Part shown: positions 47,882 through 51,583 of the stretch, piece by piece
How positions within the stretch are numbered: the stretch's first letter is position 1
Layout: the number at the start of each line of letters is the position of its first letter
IMG/VR virus record: IMGVR_UViG_2512047041_000005
Span: 1 to 51,583 of that record
Source: a virus
Lineage: Duplodnaviria > Heunggongvirae > Uroviricota > Caudoviricetes
Reading direction: 5' to 3' (one strand)
DNA: 51,583 nucleotides
Notes under the pieces: model-generated
Seen by the model: only the letters and a program-made list of their open reading frames with translations
Database searches by the model: none
Told to the model about the DNA's origin: nothing
Made by a program: the position numbers and the translations under genes

Positions 47882-50287
47882 GTGGATATGGCAGCAGTAA
47901 AAATCTCAGGTGTGCTGAAAGATGGTGCGGGAAAACCAATACAGAACTGCACTATTCAACTGAAGGCAAAGCGTAACAGCACCACGGTACTGGTGAACAC
48001 GGTGGCCTCTGAAAATCCGGATGAAGCCGGGCGTTACAGCATGGATGTTGAGTATGGCCAGTACAGCGTTATCCTGCTTGTTGAAGGTTTTCCGCCTTCA
48101 CATGCCGGAACCATTACCGTCTATGAAGGTTCCAGACCAGGTACGCTGAATGATTTTCTCGGTGCCATGACGGAAGATGATGTCATGCCGGAGGCATTGC
48201 GTCGTTTTGAGGAAATGGTGGAAGAAGCGGCACGCAACGCCGAAGCCGCCTCTCAGAGCGCAGCGGCGGCAAAGAAATCCGAAACTGCAGCGGCATCATC
48301 GAAGAACGCGGCGAAAACCTCAGAAACGAATGCAGCTAATAGTGCACAGGCGGCAGCGACCTCACAGACTGCATCAGAAAACTCCGCGACAGCAGCCAAA
48401 AAATCAGAAACCAACGCGAAAAATAGCGAGACAGCCGCAAAGACGAGCGAAACCAACGCAAAGTCCAGCCAGACGGCAGCGAAGACCAGCGAAACGAATG
48501 CCAAAGCCAGTGAAACTGCGGCAAAAAACAGCCAGGTTGCAGCAGCCCAAAGCGAGAGCGCGGCAGCCGGTTCTGCGACTTCAGCAGCTGGATCAGCAAC
48601 TGCTGCGGCTAACAGCCAGAAAGCTGCGAAGACGAGTGAAACTAACGCAAAGTCCAGCCAGACGGCAGCGAAGACCAGCGAAACGAATGCCAAAACCAGC
48701 GAAACTGCGGCGAAAAACAGTCAGGATGCAGCAGCCCAAAGCGAGAGTGCTGCAGCTGGTTCTGCAAGCGCGGCGGCTGCTTCTGCCACTGCATCAGCCA
48801 ACAGTCAAACAGCAGCAAAAACCAGTGAAACCAATGCAAAGACAAGCGAGACTGCAGCGGCGAACTCGGCGAAAGCATCGGCAGCAAGCCAGACAGCAGC
48901 TAAAGCAAGTGAAGACGCAGCCAGAGAGTATGCAAGCCAGGCAGCAGAGCCGTATAAATATGTCTTACAGCCGTTGCCTGATGTGTGGATACCGTTTAAC
49001 GATTCACTGGATATGATTACGGGCTTTTCGCCGTCATATAAAAAAATTGTTATTGGTGATGATGAAATAACGATGCCTGGCGACAAGGTTGTTAAGTTTA
49101 AACGCGCATCAACTGCCACATATATCAATAAATCAGGCGTATTTAGTGTTGCTAAAATTGATGAACCACGATTTGAAAAAGAAGGTTTATTGATTGAAGG
49201 ACAGCGCACTAACTATTTTGTTAAATCCAATACTCCCGCTGAATGGACGAGTACCAGCAATATCGATAAAACTAATAATGGTGTTGATGAATTTGGTTTT
49301 TCATATGCCAAAATGCGAACAAAAGATAATATGACAGGACAATCATCTGCACTTAGTCTGCATACATGCAGTGCATCCCGGGGGATTGATGTTAGTGGCG
49401 ATAATAAGTATTGCACTGTTTCATGCAGGGTTAAAGCTCCTGATGGTCTTCGTTGTCGTTTGCGTTTTGAAAAATACGATGGGTCGGTTTATACATTTTT
49501 AGGAGATGCTTATTTAACTTTCGGAACTCTGATAATAGAAAAAACTGGCGGAGCAGCCAATAGAATAGCAGCTACTGCAACTAAAGATCCGGTTACAGGG
49601 TGGATTTTCTATGAGGCAACTATAGAAGCTGTTGAAGGTGAAACCTTAATTGGCGCAATGATTCAGTATGCGCCGAAAAAAGGTGGTATAACTGAAGCGG
49701 GAGATTATATTTACCTTGCAACACCACAATTTGAAAACGGCGGATGTGCTTCATCTTTTGTTATTACGACAACTGCACCCGCAACCCGCTCCAGTGATAT
49801 GGTGACGATCCCAACTGAAAATAATATCTATAATAGACCGCTTACGTGTCTTGTCGAGGTTAATAGAAATTGGGGCGATATTCCTCCTAATGTAGCACCG
49901 CGTATTTTTGATTTTTCTGGTGTGCCACCTATTGAGTCAATTACATACGCTTTTAACACAACTGAGAAATATTACGGTCAGCTTTATATGCAAACTTATA
50001 AAGCGTCGACAAGTACTTACGTTTCTAGTGTGTTTGCTGGTCGAACTGATGTTCGAAAATTCATTGGTGGTTTTAATATTTATTCTGATGGTACTAAACG
50101 AGTAGTTTCTAACGGTGAGGCTACTAAAACTATGAAAACGGAGTGGACGGGCGTAAAAACACGGACCTTTATTCGAATTGGAGGTCAAGCCACATCGGGA
50201 ACTCGTCATCTATTCGGCCATTTGAGAAATCTTCGTCTCTGGCATAAAGTATTAACTGATGCGCAAATGGGGGAGAGTATTAAATGA
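47882..50287 (+). CDS. stf: Side tail fibre protein with divergent C-terminal module
   Basis: N-terminal ~120 aa nearly identical to lambda Stf; long Ala/Ser/Thr/Lys-rich repeat region; C-terminal part unrelated to lambda Stf and AT-richer. Confidence 0.9.
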   Translation: MDMAAVKISGVLKDGAGKPIQNCTIQLKAKRNSTTVLVNTVASENPDEAGRYSMDVEYGQYSVILLVEGFPPSHAGTITVYEGSRPGTLNDFLGAMTEDDVMPEALRRFEEMVEEAARNAEAASQSAAAAKKSETAAASSKNAAKTSETNAANSAQAAATSQTASENSATAAKKSETNAKNSETAAKTSETNAKSSQTAAKTSETNAKASETAAKNSQVAAAQSESAAAGSATSAAGSATAAANSQKAAKTSETNAKSSQTAAKTSETNAKTSETAAKNSQDAAAQSESAAAGSASAAAASATASANSQTAAKTSETNAKTSETAAANSAKASAASQTAAKASEDAAREYASQAAEPYKYVLQPLPDVWIPFNDSLDMITGFSPSYKKIVIGDDEITMPGDKVVKFKRASTATYINKSGVFSVAKIDEPRFEKEGLLIEGQRTNYFVKSNTPAEWTSTSNIDKTNNGVDEFGFSYAKMRTKDNMTGQSSALSLHTCSASRGIDVSGDNKYCTVSCRVKAPDGLRCRLRFEKYDGSVYTFLGDAYLTFGTLIIEKTGGAANRIAATATKDPVTGWIFYEATIEAVEGETLIGAMIQYAPKKGGITEAGDYIYLATPQFENGGCASSFVITTTAPATRSSDMVTIPTENNIYNRPLTCLVEVNRNWGDIPPNVAPRIFDFSGVPPIESITYAFNTTEKYYGQLYMQTYKASTSTYVSSVFAGRTDVRKFIGGFNIYSDGTKRVVSNGEATKTMKTEWTGVKTRTFIRIGGQATSGTRHLFGHLRNLRLWHKVLTDAQMGESIK
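48459..48840. repeat. 189-bp tandem repeat (about 2 copies) in stf
   Basis: gcaaagtccagccagacggcagcgaagaccagcgaaacgaatgccaaa recurs 189 bp apart; in-frame 63-aa units. Confidence 0.6.
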
Positions 50288-50565
50288 AAGATTTAACACT
50301 CAAATTTGCAGACAGGGCCGACTTTTCGGCCTTTATGGAGAGCATTGGCTATTATGATGACGAGTCGATGCAGGATGATATTCTTATTGACGTGATAGGT
50401 AATGTGTACAAAGAAACCGGAGAACTTACTGAAGATGGCGAGCCGGTATGTGTTAAGGAGGATGGATATTTTGTAAATGTGCGCATCATTAATGATTCGC
50501 AAATATCGTCATTATTCGATGAACACGCGGTTGCTGTTGAGCATCAACTCCGTAGCTGGATGTGA
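50284..50565 (+). CDS. Hypothetical protein
   Basis: 93 aa, ATGA-coupled to stf; acidic; occupies the position of tfa but is unlike Tfa. Confidence 0.5.
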   Translation: MKDLTLKFADRADFSAFMESIGYYDDESMQDDILIDVIGNVYKETGELTEDGEPVCVKEDGYFVNVRIINDSQISSLFDEHAVAVEHQLRSWM

Positions 50566-50574
50566 GGAAGAAAA

Positions 50575-51279
50575 ATGGCTACATCGACAGTAATTCCTGA
50601 TGACATCAAAACGCTAAAGGGAGATGTCAGTAAGGCAAAGGAAGATATTTCCTCAATTAACGTAAAAGTATCAACGCTTCAGACTGATATGGACAGTGCA
50701 AAGCAGGATATCAGTACCAGATACACAAAAACAGAAGTGGATAATAAGCTGAAAAACAAAGTGGAAGTGAACGATCTGGAAAGTGGTCGTTATGGCGGAG
50801 ATTTTTACCCGCTGACTGGTCGTGAAGCGTTTTATTTGTGGGGATTGGGCACGACTACAGCGGCGGCAAACCTTTATCTTAATCCTGACCCCGCAATTTC
50901 GTCTGTACTGCGGTCCACATCGTCTATCCGCTATAAACATTCAGTAGAGACGATAGATTCGGAGCACGCCGATCTCATTTTCAGGATGCGCCCTGTGTGG
51001 TACAGGTCGCAATGCGAAAATGACAGGCGCGATTGGGGATTCTATGGATTGATTGCCGAGGAAGTAGGAGAAATTGCCCCTCAGTTTGTTCACTGGCGAC
51101 CAGCCAACGAAGATGATGCACCGGAAACCATTTCCAGCAATGGCCTTGTTGCCGAAGGTGTAATGTACGAACGTCTGGTTGTTCCACTGATTCACCATAT
51201 CCAGAAGCTGACTGAAAGAGTTGATGAACTTGAGTCAGAATTAAAGTTGTTATCCGTTTCCCGAAGCGATATCGGATAA
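50575..51279 (+). CDS. Tail-fibre-like protein with C-terminal intramolecular chaperone-like domain
   Basis: N-terminal coiled-coil; C-terminal region resembles S74-type autoproteolytic chaperone domains (from memory). Confidence 0.55.
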   Translation: MATSTVIPDDIKTLKGDVSKAKEDISSINVKVSTLQTDMDSAKQDISTRYTKTEVDNKLKNKVEVNDLESGRYGGDFYPLTGREAFYLWGLGTTTAAANLYLNPDPAISSVLRSTSSIRYKHSVETIDSEHADLIFRMRPVWYRSQCENDRRDWGFYGLIAEEVGEIAPQFVHWRPANEDDAPETISSNGLVAEGVMYERLVVPLIHHIQKLTERVDELESELKLLSVSRSDIG

Positions 51280-51289
51280 AGGAGGCGTA

Positions 51290-51583
51290 ATGGATATAAC
51301 ACCTTTCCTTCATGCACTTTGTGCTGTGGCTGCGCAGGTACTGGTTGGTCTTTTTACCGGAAACTGGGCTTACGGAGCGATAGCCGGTTGTACGTTCTTC
51401 ATTGCGCGTGAACATACCCAGGCAGAATATCGCTGGATTGAAATGTTCGGGCATGGCAAGCGAATGAATATGCCGTGGTGGGGCGGTTTTGATCCGCGAG
51501 CTTGGGATGTGGCAAGCCTGATGGATTTTGCTGTGCCGGTGGTGGCGTGTCTGCTGGTCTGGCTGTTGGTTAATCGTGGGTGA
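51290..51583 (+). CDS. Small membrane protein
   Basis: 97 aa with two hydrophobic helices; ends with the window's last codon. Confidence 0.5.
   Translation: MDITPFLHALCAVAAQVLVGLFTGNWAYGAIAGCTFFIAREHTQAEYRWIEMFGHGKRMNMPWWGGFDPRAWDVASLMDFAVPVVACLLVWLLVNRG

Noticed and set aside
48177-49209. Several long ORFs on both strands over the stf repeat region
   Set aside because: Artefacts of the Ala/Lys/Thr-rich repeats, which stay open in several frames; only the plus-strand stf frame continues from a lambda Stf-like N-terminus.

Overview
This window reads as an Escherichia/Shigella-type chromosomal prophage region with two nested phage genomes and two IS elements. (1) A decayed lambdoid prophage, collinear with lambda: int-xis, small early ORFs, the complete Red operon (exo-bet-gam), kil, cIII and ea10, then IS629 (5864-7173) fused to a 5'-truncated bor, a cos site, Nu1, a stub of terminase A, a split lom, stf and distal fibre genes. 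The immunity, replication, lysis and head/tail genes between these landmarks are missing. (2) A ~37.4 kb Mu-like transposable prophage (about 10271-47650) sits inside lom, flanked by a 6-bp direct repeat and TGAT...ATCA termini. It carries a non-MuA DDE transposase with a B-like ATPase, Mu Gam-, GemA- and Mor-like early genes, and lysis, head and contractile-tail modules. It also has a Pin/Gin-type invertible tail-fibre switch, an in-frame amber codon in the baseplate W-like gene, and an IS911-like IS3-family insertion with a 3-bp duplication. The strongest candidate for an undescribed system is a repressor-linked operon (c plus two membrane proteins, 37911 down to 35795, ending at a hairpin terminator), which I read as a possible Rex-like lysogen-expressed exclusion module; this is inference, not demonstrated. 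All calls are from reading the sequence and ORF track by eye and from remembered protein families; no searches were run, and internally refined start coordinates may be off by a base or two.
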